NCBI RefSeq assembly: GCF_036365525.1
Contig: NC_090387.1
Coordinates: 60,932,592 to 60,996,591 of the forward strand
DNA length: 64,000 nt
Direction of reading: 5' to 3'
Source of the DNA: Heterodontus francisci
Taxonomy: Eukaryota
In this document: positions 38,810 to 51,865 of the stretch, in pieces
How positions within the stretch are numbered: position 1 is the stretch's first letter
Layout of the letters: every line of letters begins with the position of its first letter
Translations under genes and position numbers: made by a program
Notes under the pieces: model-generated
Database searches by the model: none
Told to the model about the DNA's origin: nothing
What the model saw: the letters and a program-made list of their open reading frames with translations, nothing else

Positions 38810-40381
38810 CAAAAGGTGTTGCGTATGGCATAAATCATTGCCATTCCAAAACCAGGGAATGATCTCGCGTTGGCAGCCAGCTATTGACCAATTTCACTAC
38901 TTTCTGTGTGCTTTAAGACCTTTGAGCATCTTATTCTGCAACGCATATCTCCAGAAGTAGAGACCATTGTTAATGTCGACCAAGTTGGTTTCCGTAAGGG
39001 GTGCAGCACATGTGATCAAGTTCTGGCACTCACCACCTACATCGAAAGTGGCTTCCAAAAGAACCTGAAGACAGGCATAGTGCTTCTGGACCTCACAGCT
39101 GCCTATGATACAGTGTGACATATTGGCTTGCTCCTAAAGCTGTCCAGAGTGCTACCAACCTGGGTCGGGACAATTTTTGAAACACTCCTTCGCAACAGAT
39201 GATTTAGAGTCCACCTTGGACAAGGGAGAAGTGCATGGAGAAGACTGGCCAACAGACCAGCACAGGGTTCAGTGCTAGCCCCAACGCTGTTCAACATATG
39301 TGCCAATGACCTGCCAACTACCACGTGTCACAAGTTCATCTATTTAGATGACATCTGCTGTGCCACCCAAGCTCCATCCTTCTGCACCCTGGACCAGATC
39401 CTTAATGAAGACATTGCAAAACTGATAGACGACTGTAGCACATGGTGCCTCACATTGAATCCCTCTAAAACCAAACCCACCTCCATGATGCCAGTGTTCC
39501 ACCTCCATGATGCCAGTGCCAAAAAGAATTGCTTATCTACATGGAAGGTCAGAGACTAAAGTGTGATCCCAACCCAACGTACTTGGTAATGACTCCGGAT
39601 AGGACTTTGTCCTTCCGGGAGCATCTAAAGAAAACAGCAGCAGAGGCAAAACCAAAAACAACCTATTAACCAAACTTGCTGGATCCACGTGGGGTGCTGC
39701 TGTCACAACACTCTGGACCTCAGCACTTGGCCTATCATACTCAGCAGCAGAGTACTGTGCACCTGTCTGGCATAGGTCATCTCACACACATCTTGTTGAC
39801 ACTCAACTGAATGCAAAAATGCACAACATAACTGGAACGCTTTGCTCAGCAACCCTGCCTTGGCTTCATATCCTCGCAAGCATCACTCCCCCACATATCT
39901 GCCAACTGACGAAAACCCACAAGCTGGTTGAAACCATCCGTGCTGCACCTCTCTTGCCACTCCATAATGACATGCTCAATCCACCTACTGCCCGCCTTCC
40001 ATCTCGGCACCCCATATGGAGCAACCTTCCTGGGCAAGATCTACCAGCAGACATCCTTTGGATCAAGGAATGGGAAACATGGGAAGTCACTAACAAGTTC
40101 CTTGTGGCAAACCCCATGTGTCGAATGGCAGGCTTTGTGCTACCACGGCGAGACTGCTCCTTGCTAAACAGGTTCGGGACGAGCCCCTGCGCAGCCAACC
40201 TCCACCTCTGAGGCCTCAGCACAAACCCCTTATGCATTTGTGGAGAGGCACAAACAAAGTTGCACATTACTGAGGAGTGTCCCTTTATAGACTAAATGGC
40301 AGACTAATCACCTTAAACTCAGCAAATGAGGAGGCTATCGCTTGGCTCCGGGGATTTGCATTTGCTAAATAAATAAAATAA
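38810..40381 (+). mobile_element. 5'-truncated Vingi/I-group LINE (RT plus C-terminal CCHC)
   Basis: IIAIPKPG, DQVGFRKGCSTCDQVLALT, LLDLTAAYDTV, QGSVLAPTLFNI, IYLDD, GSTWGA, EYCAPVW, CICGEAQTKLHITEECP; (taaa)n tail. Confidence 0.8.
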
Positions 40382-40939
40382 TGGTAAATCAGCTTGGTTT
40401 TAGAGGAGGCAATTTCTTAAATGGTTTTGCATGTTTTCATTTTATAATGTAAGCGTAGTGGCAAATAGATCTTGGTAAATTTTCTCAGTTGTTGCCTCTA
40501 ATTATTCTTTGTTTTGGAATAGTTGAAAGGGAATATAAGTAATCTGTAGTATAAGAAAATTGTAGGTTTAGATGTTGCAACATCTGTCCAGCTGCTATAT
40601 AATGGCAACTGGTATGTCTCCGATATAGACCATTTTCAGCCCTTAGTAAAAGCATTCAGTTGTTTGGAAGGCATTACAATGAGTCTAAAATGGAGAGCAA
40701 GAAATACAATTTACTTTAAGGAGGAAATGAATTTGAAAATGTGTAAAAACGTAGATAACATTAAAATAAATTTCCTTATGAGAAAATTGAGCCTGCAAAC
40801 TGGGGATAATTTGATGTTGGGTGGGGGTTTCATTTTTTCACCTAATTCTAATTTGAAGTGGTATGTGCTGCAGTAATAATTAAAAGTATTTGCTGAGTCA
40901 TTGTTGTCTTTGATCCCTGCTACATACTTATTTCTCTGA

Positions 40940-41667
40940 TCTAGACTGTTCGCAACCTTGGTGTCATATTTGACCCCCAGATGAACTTCTGATCACAGGT
41001 CCATGCCATCACTAAGACCACCAATTTCCACCTCCGTAACATTGCCTGTCTGCACCCTGCCTCAGCTAATCTGGTGCTGAAACCTTCATTCATACCTTTG
41101 TTACCTCTAGACTTGCCTATTCCGAGGCACTCCTGGTTGGCCTCTGACATTCTATCCTCCAAGAACTTGAGGTCATCCAAAAGTCTGCTGCATTCTTTTA
41201 CTCTTATCGTGTCCCATTCACCTATCACCCCTCTGTTCACTGACCTACATTGACTCCTGGTTAAGCAGCGCCTTGAATTTAAAATTCTTATCTTTGCTTT
41301 CAAATCCTTCCATGACCTTGCCTCTCTCTCTCTCTGTCATCTCCTCCAGCCCCACAACCCTCCGAGACAGCTTTACAGCTCTAATTCTGGCACTTTGAGC
41401 ATTCCTGGTTTTAATTACTCCATCATTTTTGGCCGTGTCTTCAGCTGCAATGCCCTAAGCTCTGGACTTCCCTTAACCTCTCCGTCTTTCTACCTTTCCT
41501 CCTTTATGAAACTCCTTAAAACCTACCTCTCTAAACATGCTTTTGATCATCTGCCATAATATCTCCTTATGTGGCTCGGTGTCAAATTTTTGTTTTACAA
41601 CGCTCCTGTGAAGCACCTTGGAATGTTTTATTACATTAAAGGTGCTATATACATGCATGTAGTTGTA
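40940..41667 (+). mobile_element. L2 LINE 3' fragment
   Basis: cgcaaccttggtgtcatatttgacccc...cctgtgaagcaccttggaatgttttattacattaaaggtgctatat tail. Confidence 0.82.
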
Positions 41668-42289
41668 ATAAACTTGTTTGTTTTCCAAATAATTTTAGTA
41701 GGTGACCACTTAAAACAATTAATTTGGGTTATGCCAATAGTTTTTAAAGAAATTTTTATAAGAATGTTGGCAGTTTTGGCAAGGTTCATTCCTTTAGAAC
41801 AATTTTGCAGGTAATATTTTTTAAGTTTAGCATTTGTCAATATTTGTCAACACAGTTGTCAGTATGACAATAAGTGTCATGGATCACTGTCCTGCCCAAA
41901 TAATTATCATTTTTCCTAAGCAAAAAATGTTTCCATAGTGTTAGAACTTGGTCCCTGTATTTTGGGTCAGGCATCAAAATTGTAGGAAGTGTCGTGCTGA
42001 AAATGCTGTAAGGTTTGAACTATATTTTGATTTACAATGTCATAATTGAGCAAAAAAGGTCAAATCAATGTGACTACTATTCTCCTTTTCCTAACAGGAA
42101 AATTAAAATGGCTTGTCGATTGCAACTATGTCTAGAATCTTTTCTGTTTTACTAGAATTAGAGTGTACACGCGATTCTGAAATTATTTATGGAGACTATT
42201 TAGCTGTATAATGTAGTACAATAACTAGCATAATTAAGAATGAAGCATAATCCTAGTCATAGGTAGTGATTAAATTTGTAGCAATTGTT

Positions 42290-43260
42290 CCTAGCAATGA
42301 AATGGAAATATAGAAAACAAGTAATGATGTGCAATTGGATGAAGAAAAGATTGCATGAGAACTGTATAGAAAGCAGCGCATATTTAAGAGGAGTAATGCT
42401 GAGCTGGCTGCCTCAGGAATTTGGACTGGGACCTGTGCAGTTTCTGTTCTACATGCAGAACTTTGATTCAGAAGTTCAATGCAACTGGTCAGATTTACAG
42501 CTAATAAGTGGGAATAACAGTTGAATTTGGGGAGGCAGCTCGGAAACTACGAAATGAGTTAAAATTTGTAAGTGAACAGGTATAAAGGAAATTTCATACA
42601 AATTGCACATAGGAAGCAAAGAAAGCGAGTGGCATAAGAACTTCAAGAATGATGTTGAAATAGTTAAGAATTGCATTAAAATAAGTGGAGCAGTTTAGTT
42701 GGCTCAAGCCTCATCACGTCCAGTCACTGTGGAGCAGCAATCAACAAAACAAATAAAATGCTGAACCAGATAGCTAAAACATTGGAATACAAATTGGAGA
42801 AAGCCATATTCAGATTGTATAGTGCTACATTCAGACCACACTGAGTACAATTCGAGTCATTAGAATACAAGGGAGGCATTCAAGCCATGAAAGCAGCTCC
42901 AAGAAAAGTCGCAATAATCCCAAGTGTCAGAGAACTGAGTCAAGGAAAGACTGAAGAAAACTGGTCTTAAGATACCCAAGATAATATGTGGTATGGAAAA
43001 GGTAAATCTGCAGCATTTACTTCAAACTAAATAATTATAGCAAGACAAAGGGACACACGTAATAGACAAATTCAGGCATGATCTAAAAAAGCTCTTTACT
43101 GAGCGATCAACACATGGAATAGACATTTGGTTAGGGTGATGGAAGCAAATATCCTGGAGTAGTTTGAACAGCTGGATGTCATGATGGGACTGCTAGTGTT
43201 TTTTTTCAATGGGTAAGCTATGATTGGTTGTATGGCCTTCATTATCTTGTAAAGTTTTTA
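42290..43260 (+). mobile_element. Highly decayed CR1-like RT fragment
   Basis: Remnants LPQEFGLGPVQF, cagaccacactgagtac (RPHLEY) and a tail-like tatggccttc. Confidence 0.55.
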
Positions 43261-43944
43261 CCATTTCTATTGGGGTTTCACATAGTGAGAAAAATATTTG
43301 GGAAACACTCCTCCAGGGAAATATTGTGAAAGCTGCACATCTCTCTTCAAAATCATCCTTTCTTGAGTGTTTTTTTTAGTTTTCAAGCTATATCGCCCAT
43401 GGGAGAAAAATTCTGTAGATACCCCGGGTCAGTATTATGAAGTACTTTTTAAGATTCATATGCGATCAATGAACTCTTCTTGGTTAAAAGTATTTCGAAA
43501 ATATAAGCTAAAGACAGATAACTTTCTCATTTCCTTGGTCTCTATTGCAGGCTTAGTTCCCAAACTTTCAGCCATGTCACCCTGAGCTTTTCTTTTTAAA
43601 GGTAAATTTGCAGATACTTCAGCTTCCATTAATGTCGGATCTGATGTGTCATTAGAATTTACTAGCAGGTTATACCTGTCCAGATTTTATTTTAAACACA
43701 ATCAAAATTCTGTATGTAGATAGTACTTTAATAGCAACATAAATAATTGTAAAGAAAACTGAACAGTATATTTTTAAAAGAATGGACATATAGAAAGTAC
43801 AAAAGGTTATGCATATCGTTGTGAATTTATTCTACCTTTTATGTGGTACTGACTAATACAATCCTGGAGAGTCCCACTTTGACCCCTGGTCTGGGCTTTT
43901 GTTAACCGATCCAGTAATTGTGTGAGTCAGCCTGTTTCAGTTGA

Positions 43945-44240
43945 TAGCACATGGCTCTGAAGTTGGAAGGTTTTGGATTCAAATCTTTCTCGTAGACTTG
44001 AGCATGTGATCTAAACTAATAGGCAGTGCAACACTCAGGAATTGTTACATTGTCAGGAGGTGCCATCCTTCTAATAAGGCATTAAACCAAAGCGCGCTCT
44101 GCCTGTTCAGGTGAACATTAAAAATCTGCACTGCTTGAAGAGCAGAAAATTCCCCTGTACTGTGGCCAGTGGTTACCACTCAACTAACATTATCAAAAAA
44201 GAGATCTAATGTCCATTCATCTGTATGTTTTTCCTGAGAT
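43945..44240 (+). mobile_element. DeuSINE (SacSINE1/AmnSINE-like) remnant
   Basis: tgtcaggaggtgccatccttctaataaggcattaaaccaaagcgcgctctgcctgttcaggtg resembles the recalled Deu-domain core. Confidence 0.6.
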
Positions 44241-44623
44241 ATTACACGCACTAGATAGTTGCTGAGAAGTGTGATAAAACTATATCCAAGAAAGCCTATA
44301 TGCGTGTGTACACACTTGTGTGTGGGTGCGCAAGCTACACACATAGCCATATCTAGCATGCATGTACACAGACACACATACTCAATGTTAAAAATCCAAG
44401 TAGTTTCCTACACCTCTGTCCAGACACCCTGATGAAAAGTGCATGAACATTAGCTGACTATAAGATCATATTCCAATGCAACTGCGTGTGAAGAATGATC
44501 ACATGGGTGAGGATTCAGAGGGCTGTTTGTGTCCATGCTGCTGAGTATTACAGGTCCTTACCAGTTGCACAGATGCAATATCATTTTTTGTAGGTAAATT
44601 CTCATTGCTCTAATATTCTACAG

Positions 44624-44679
44624 ATGGGCGCCCTCAATGGGAGGTAGAAGGAAAAATTATCAGGGAGAAGTTTCAAGGG
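44624..44679 (+). CDS. NFATC3: NFATC3 small coding exon (~exon 7; IPT), 56 bp; absent from the ORF track
   Basis: Acceptor ctacag|AT, donor GGG|gtaaga. Translates (D)GRPQWEVEGKIIREKFQG, matching recalled human DGRPQWEVEGKIIREKCQG; restores frame between the flanking exons. Confidence 0.95.
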
Positions 44680-45675
44680 GTAAGATATTCAATTTTCTTT
44701 CTAATGTTATTCATGGTAAAATTTAGACAGCCTTGTATGTGTTTTGAGTGGTTGCTGACCGTAGTTTGGATGAATGTTAGAAGTAATTTTTTTCAAATGA
44801 TGCTGAACTGCATGAACTCGAAAGGTGAAAAGAAGTCTTGATCTATACCCCCCCTTATTTATGTTGACTTCAATTAAAATTTATTTGGAACATTAATTTT
44901 TTTTTTGTTTATATGTAAGACTTTTATTCTAGTGCTGTTTACTACCTTATGGGCTCAGGGAATGAAACCGGATTTCAAAGACAACTTTCTTTTCAACTAG
45001 TTTTGAGTAAGAGAAAATTCATCCTGAAAAATTTATTTTCTTTAATTATGTGCAAAATATTTCTAGAACTTTAAGTAGCATTGGAGAATTTTACAAACCC
45101 GCATATTACTCCTTAATAATAGTATTTTTGCAAATCAGTCATATTCTTAGTATTTTAGCTCAAAAATCAAAATAAGTTAAAGTCTTCAAAGAGTTAATCT
45201 GGTATGATATTAGAAATTGTGGCCTTGTGCCAATGATAATGCTACTATAGATCTGTTGTTAAGCTACGCCAAATTCCATTATGCTGCCATTATTCTCCTT
45301 GGTAATTAGAATCCTTTTTTCTGATTGGAAAATTTTATTTGAGTATCATGGAAAACCTAATTTTTGGATGCCATTTATATTTTTAAATTTAAACCATTTG
45401 AGTATTTGGCCGATATTTCATTATTTTAAAACCACAAGTTCAGTTTTGAGCTCCCCAGCATCTATTAAATTCATTCTTAATTTCATTTAAGGAGTGGAGT
45501 GAAGTGAAACATGAAAAACATCAAGAACTGTTGCAATTTTATGATAGCTGATCTTCATTTGCTGCATAATATTCAAAAGCCACCTTGATAATCAACAAAA
45601 TTTACTTTTCTTTTGCTTTAAACATTAGAAAGTGAATTGTGCATGAACTTATTCTTTAAAGTTGCCTCGTTTCAG

Positions 45676-45802
45676 GTTAATCTTGTTGTTGAAGTCCCTC
45701 CATACCATAATAAAAATGTTACGTCTGCAGTTCAAGTTCAATTTTATGTTTGCAATGGCAAGAGAAAAAGAAGTCAGTCCCAACGCTTCACTTACATGCC
45801 AG
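45676..45802 (+). CDS. NFATC3: NFATC3 coding exon (~exon 8; end of IPT with KRKR NLS), 127 bp
   Basis: Acceptor tttcag|GTT, donor G|gtaaat. Translates [42 protein letters not shown]. Confidence 0.96.
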
Positions 45803-46275
45803 GTAAATCATTTCATTGGTTTCATTTCGTCTGCAAAAATATGGGGAAATTGTATTTTCTCTTCAGTGAAATTACAATAAAATGCAATTTTTAAGAAATC
45901 CTGCATTGCCATTTCTGTACTGAATCTTGAGTTGGTCTTGAAATAAAATGAATTGTTTTCTTTATTAATGTTGCATAAGAAGGAGGGTTGCATGCTGGGT
46001 TGTAGCAAACATGTATATATCCAACACAACAATTCAGTGTCTGAAATTGGAGTAACTTGGGTACCTCACACAGTCACAGTTTTCTTTTTTAAAAAAATCA
46101 TTGATGATTCATTGCAGCTCTTGTGAAAACTGGCTGTAGAATTTATTCAGAAAATGCCAAGGATGATGAGACTGAAAGAAAACTAATACAATCATGACAC
46201 AGCCAAATATGAAGTGAAATGTATGAGGGCAGTGGGTTCAGCAGAAATTAGGGCTCCCAGAGATTTCCAGCATTA

Positions 46276-49200
46276 AGAACATAGAACATAGAACAGTACA
46301 GGTCCTTCGGCCCACGATGTTGTGCCGAACCTTTAACCTACTCTAAGATCAAACTAACTACCTACCCTTCATTCTACTATCATCCATGTACCTATCCAAG
46401 AGTCGCTTAAATGCCCCTAATGTATCTGCTTCTACTACTACCGCTGGCAGCGCATTCCACGCACCCACCACTCTCTGTGTAAAGAACCTACATCTGACAT
46501 CTCCCCAAAACCTTCCTCCAATCACCTTAAAATTATGCCCCCTGGTGATAGCCCTTTCCACCCTGGGAAAAAGTCTCTGGCTATCCACTCTATCTATGCC
46601 TCTCATCATCTTGTACCCCTCTATCAAGTCACCTCTCATCCTTCTTCGCTCCAATGAGAAAAGCCCCAGCTCCCTCAATCTTTCTTCGTAGGACATGCCC
46701 TCCAGTCCAGGCAGCATCCTGGTAAATCTCCTCTGCACCCACTCTAAAGCTTCCACATCCTTCCTATAATGAGGCGACCAGAACTGAACACAATATTCCA
46801 AGTGTGGTCGAACCAGGGATTTATAGAGCTGCAGCATAACCTCGCGGCTCTTAAACTCAATCCCCTTGTTAATGAAAGCCAACACACCATACGCCTTGTT
46901 AACAACCCTATCAACTTGGGTGGCAACTTTGAGCGATCTATGGACATGGACCCCAAGATCCCTCTGTTCCTCCACACTACCAAGAATCTTGTCTTTAAGC
47001 CTGTATTCCGCATTCAAATTCGACCTTCCAAAATGAATCACTTCACACTTTTCCAGGTTGAACTCCATCTGCCACTTCTCAGCCCAGCTCTGCATCCTGT
47101 CAATGTCCCGTTGCAACCTACAACAGCCTTCCACACTATCCACAACTCCAGCAACCTTCGTGTCATCGGCAAACTTGCTAACCCAGCCTTCCACTTCCTC
47201 ATCCAAGTCATTTATAAAAATCACAAAGAGCAGAGGTCCCAGAACAGATCCCTGCGGAACACCACTGGTCACCGAGCTCCAGGCTGAATACTTTCCATCT
47301 ACTACCACCCTCTGTCTTCTATGGGCCAGCCAATTCTGTATCGAGACAGCCAACTCTCCCTGTATCCCATGCCTCCTTACTTTCTGAATGAGCCTACCAT
47401 GGGGAACCTTATCAAACGCCTTGCTAAAATCCATATACACCACATCCACTGCTCTTCCTTCATCAACGTGTTTTGTCACATCTTCAAAGAATTCAATAAG
47501 GCTTGTGAGGCATGACCTGCCCCTCACAAAGCCATGCTGACTGTCTCTAATCAAACTATGCTTTTCCAAATAATCATAAATCCTGTCTCTCAGAATCCTC
47601 TCCAATAATTTGCCCACTACGGACGTAAGACTGACTGGTCTATAATTCCCAGGGTTATCCCTATTCCCTTTCTTGAACAAGGGAGCAGCATTTGCCACCC
47701 TCCAATCATCTGGCACTACTCCAGTGGACAGTGAAGACGCAAAGATCATCGCCAAAGGCGCAGCAATCTCTTCCCTCGCTTCCCGTAATATCCTTGGGTA
47801 TATCCCACGGTGTGAAACAGACTGGTAAGCTCGAGGAAGTGCTCGTTAGGAGGGAAGATGTGTTGGGGTTTTTGAATAACTTGAAGATAGACAAGTCTCC
47901 CGGGCCTGACGGGGTATATCCAAGGATGTTATGGGAAGCAAGGGATGAAATTGCAGAGCCGCTGGCAATGATCTTTTCATCTTCTCTGCTGACGGGGGTG
48001 GTACCAGGTGATTGGAGGGTGGCAAATGTTGTGCCCCTGTTCAAGAAAGGGAATAGGAACAACCCTGGGAATTACAGGCCAGTTAGTCTTACTTCGGTGG
48101 TAGGCAAGTTGATGGAAAAGGTGCTGAGGGATAGGATTTCTGAGCATCTGGAAAGACACTGCTTGATTCGGGACAGTCAGCACGGTTTTGTGAGGGGTAG
48201 GTCTTGCCTCACAAGCCTGATTGAATTCTTTGAGCAGGTGACCAAGCAAGTGGATGAGGGTAAACCAGTGGATGTGGTGTACATGGATTTTAGTAAGGCA
48301 TTTGATAAGGTCCCCCATGGTAGACTTATGGAGAAAGTCAGGAGGCATGGGATAGTGGGGAATGTGGCCAGTTGGATTAAGAATTGGCTAACTGATAGAA
48401 GGCAGAGAGTGGTCTTAGATGGTAAATACTCAGCCTGGAGCCCAGTTACCAGTGGCGTGCCGCAGGGATCAGTTCTGGGTCCTCTCCTGTTTGTGATTTT
48501 TATTAACGACTTGGATGAGGAAGTCGAAGGGTGGGTCAGTAAATTTGCAGATGATACAAAGGTTGGTGGAGTTGTGGATACCGAGGAGGGCTATTGTCGT
48601 CTGCAAAGGGACTTGGATAGGTTGCAGTGCTGGGCTGAAAAGTGGCAGATGGAGTTTAACCCTGAAAAGTGTGAGGTCGTCCATTTTGGAAGGACAAACA
48701 CGAATGCAAAATACTGGGTTAACGGTAGGGTTCTTGGGCATGTGGAGGAGCAGAGAGACCTTGGGGTCTATGTGCATAGATCGTTGAAAGTTGCAACTCA
48801 AGTGGATAGGGCTGTGAAGAAGGCATATGGGGTGTTAGCGTTCATTAGCAGAGGGATTGAATTTAAGAGCCGTGAGGTGATGATGCAGCTGTACAGGACC
48901 TTGGTAAGGCCTCATTTGGAGTACTGTGTGCAGTTATGGTCGCCTCATTTTAGGAAGGATGTGGAAGCCTTGGAGAGGGTGCAGAGGAGATTTACCAGGA
49001 TGTTGCCTGGAATGGAGAATAAGTCTTACGAGGAAAGGCTGAACATTCTAGGCCTCTTCTCATTAGAACGGAGAAGGATGAGGGGTGACATGATAGAGGT
49101 TTATAAGATGATCAGGGGAATAGATAGGGTAGACAGTCAGAAACTTTTTCCCCGGGTGGAGCAAAGCGTTACAAGGGGTCATAAATTTAAGGTGAAGGGT

Positions 49201-51203
49201 GGGAGATATAAGGGGGATGTCAGGGGAAGGTTCTTTACCCAGAGAGTGGTCGGGGCATGGAATGCCTTGCCTGGGGAAGTTGTTGAGTCAGAAACTTTAG
49301 GGACTTTCAAACGGCTTTTAGATAGGTATATGGATAAAGGAGAATGATGGGGTATAGATTAAATTGTCCTTGACAGAGGACAAAGGATCGGCACAACGTC
49401 GTGGGCCGAAGGGCCTGTTCTGTGCTGTATTTTTCTATGTTCTATGTTCTATCCCGTCTGGCCCCGGGGACTTATCTGTCCTCATATCATTCAAAATTTC
49501 CAGCACATCCTCCCTCTTAACCTCAATCTGTTGGAGCATATCAGCCTGTTCCACGCTGTCCTCACAAACGACCAGGTCCCTCTCACTAGTGAATACTGAA
49601 GCAAAGTATTCATGTAGGACCTCCCCTACCTCCTCCAACTCCAGGCACAAGTTCCCTCCACTATCCCTGATCGGCCCTACCCTCACTCTGGCCATCCTCT
49701 TGTTCCTCACATAAGTGTAGAACGCCTTGGGATTTTCCTTAATCCTACCCGCCAAGACTTTTTCATGTCCCCTTCTAGCTCTCCTAAGTCCATTCTTCAG
49801 TTCCTTCCTGGCTACCTTGTAACCCTCTAGAGCCCTGTCTGATCCTTACTTCCTTCTTCCTCTTGAATAGCTGTTCCACATCTCTTGTCATCCAAGGTTC
49901 CTTCACCCTACCATCCCTTCCCTGCCTCATCGGGACAAACCTATCCAGCAGTCGCAGCAAGTGCTCCCTAAACAACCTCCACATTTCTGTCGTGCATTTC
50001 CCTGAGAACATCTGTTCCCAATTTATGCTCCCCAGTTCCTGCCTAATAGCATTGTAATTCCCCCTCCCCCAATTAAATATTTTCCCATCCCGTCTGCTCC
50101 TGTCCCTCTCCATGACTATAGTAAAGGTCAGGGAGTTGTGATCACTATCACCGAAATGCTCTCCCACCGATAGATCTGCCACCTGGCCTGGTTCGTTGCC
50201 AAGCACCAAGTCCAACATAGTCTCCCCTCTCGTTGGCCTATCTACATATTGAGTCAGGAAACCTTCCTGGACACACCTGACAAAAACTGCTCCATCCAAA
50301 CTATTTGCACTAAGGAGGTTCCAATCAATATTAGGGAAGTTGAAGTCACCCATGACAACAACCCTGTTACTTCTGCACCTTTCCAAAATCTGCCTCCCAA
50401 TCTGTTCCTCCATGTCTCTGTTGCTATTGGGGGGTCTATAGAAAACTCCCAACAAAGTGACTGCTCCTTTCCTGTTTCTGACTTCCACCCATAATGATTC
50501 AGTAGACAAACCCTCCTCGACGACCTCCCTTTCTGCACCTGTGATACTATCCCTGATTAGCAATGCCACTCCCCCACCTCTTTTACCTCCCTCCCTATTC
50601 CTTTTGAAACATCTAAACCCCGGAACATCCAACATCCATTCTTGCCCCTGTGATATCCACGTCTCCGTATTGGCCACAACATCGTAGCTCCAAGTACTGA
50701 TCCATGCTCTAAGTTCATCACCCTTATTCCTGACACTTCTTGCGTTAAAATAGACACAGTTCAACCCATCATACTGGCTGCAACTTTGCCCTGTCAACTG
50801 TCTAACCTTCCTCGCAGACTGTCTGCACTCGGTATCTGCCTGTTCAACAGCTACCCCATCCACTGATCCGTAGCTCCGGTTCCCATCCCCCTGCCAAACT
50901 AGTTTAAACCCTCCCAAAGAGCTCTAGCAAACCTCCCGCCCAGGATATTGGTGCCCCTCCAGTTCAGATGCAACCCGTCCTTCTTGTACAGGTCCCACCT
51001 TCCCCAGAAGGTATCCGAATGATCCACATATCTGAATCCCTCCCTCCTACATCAGTTCTGTAGCCACGTGTTCAGCTGCACTCGCTCTCTGTTTCTAGCC
51101 TCACTAGCACGTGGCGCCGGTAACAATCCTGAGAATACTACTCTGCTCGTCCTGCCTTTCAGCTTCCAACCTAACTCCCTATATTCGCTTTTCAGGTCCT
51201 CAT
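46276..51203 (-). mobile_element. Young CR1 LINE (end of ORF1, EN, RT) interrupted by a nested CR1
   Basis: Open RT ORF 46358-47755 (KFADD) and EN ORF 49784-50917 (FNARS, TETW, GDFN, SDH); (catagaa)n tail; possible TSD CATTA at 46271-46275 and 51204-51208. Confidence 0.95.
47807..49449 (+). mobile_element. 5'-truncated young CR1 with uninterrupted RT ORF, 6-bp TSD
   Basis: TATCCC at 47801-47806 and 49450-49455; about 510 codons without a stop up to 49347; (ttctatg)n tail. Confidence 0.95.
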
Positions 51204-51865
51204 CATTAGTGGTTATTTTTTTTTCTGTTCAATAGTTTAGAATCTAGGTTCTGTGTATGTGCTGGCAGTTAAACTATTTTGTTTGGTAGTAGTCCATTAA
51301 GTTGTGACATTTGTAATGGTAATTTCTGCTTTCAAGCAAAAATAAATGACCAGAAGAGAATATTTAAAAAATGATTGACTTGCAGTATTAAGGCTTTTGC
51401 TAATACTGGGAAATGGGGTTACATTTTTAATGTATTGGGCCAGAATTTACTGTTAATTTTAACAGAGACTAATGGGGTTCACTGTCAATTAAGCACAAAT
51501 TGGACAGTAACTTCAGGAGAGCACAGATAAACAGTTAAACCCAAAAATCTTGAAGTCTGAGATGTACCGCTCTGCCATAAGCTGCACGAGCACAGCATCT
51601 CTGTCTGGCCTCCCATTCAAATGTATTAAATGGTGTGAAGTTCCTGTATTGATGATGCGTGCGCTAAGCACATCACAGAAAGTTAGGGCTTGTCCATTTC
51701 AGTCTTAAGTATCCTTCCAACTGCATGATTACTATCATGCAATCTCACTGAGACATTGAAAATTTACATTTGCAAGTATGGTGTCTCTCTTCAGATTTTA
51801 ATTGTTCTTCGATATTTAAAGAAAAACATTATTAACTTTTTCATTTTCTGTTTTCCACCCCTCTC

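Noticed and set aside
44428-44460. Hammerhead motif at ctgatgaaaagtgcatgaacatt
   Set aside because: No GAAA half and no convincing stems.
47692-49347. 551-aa ORF as a host gene or novel fusion
   Set aside because: It is CR1 RT; the first ~38 codons are antisense host CR1 read from a TTG across the insertion junction.
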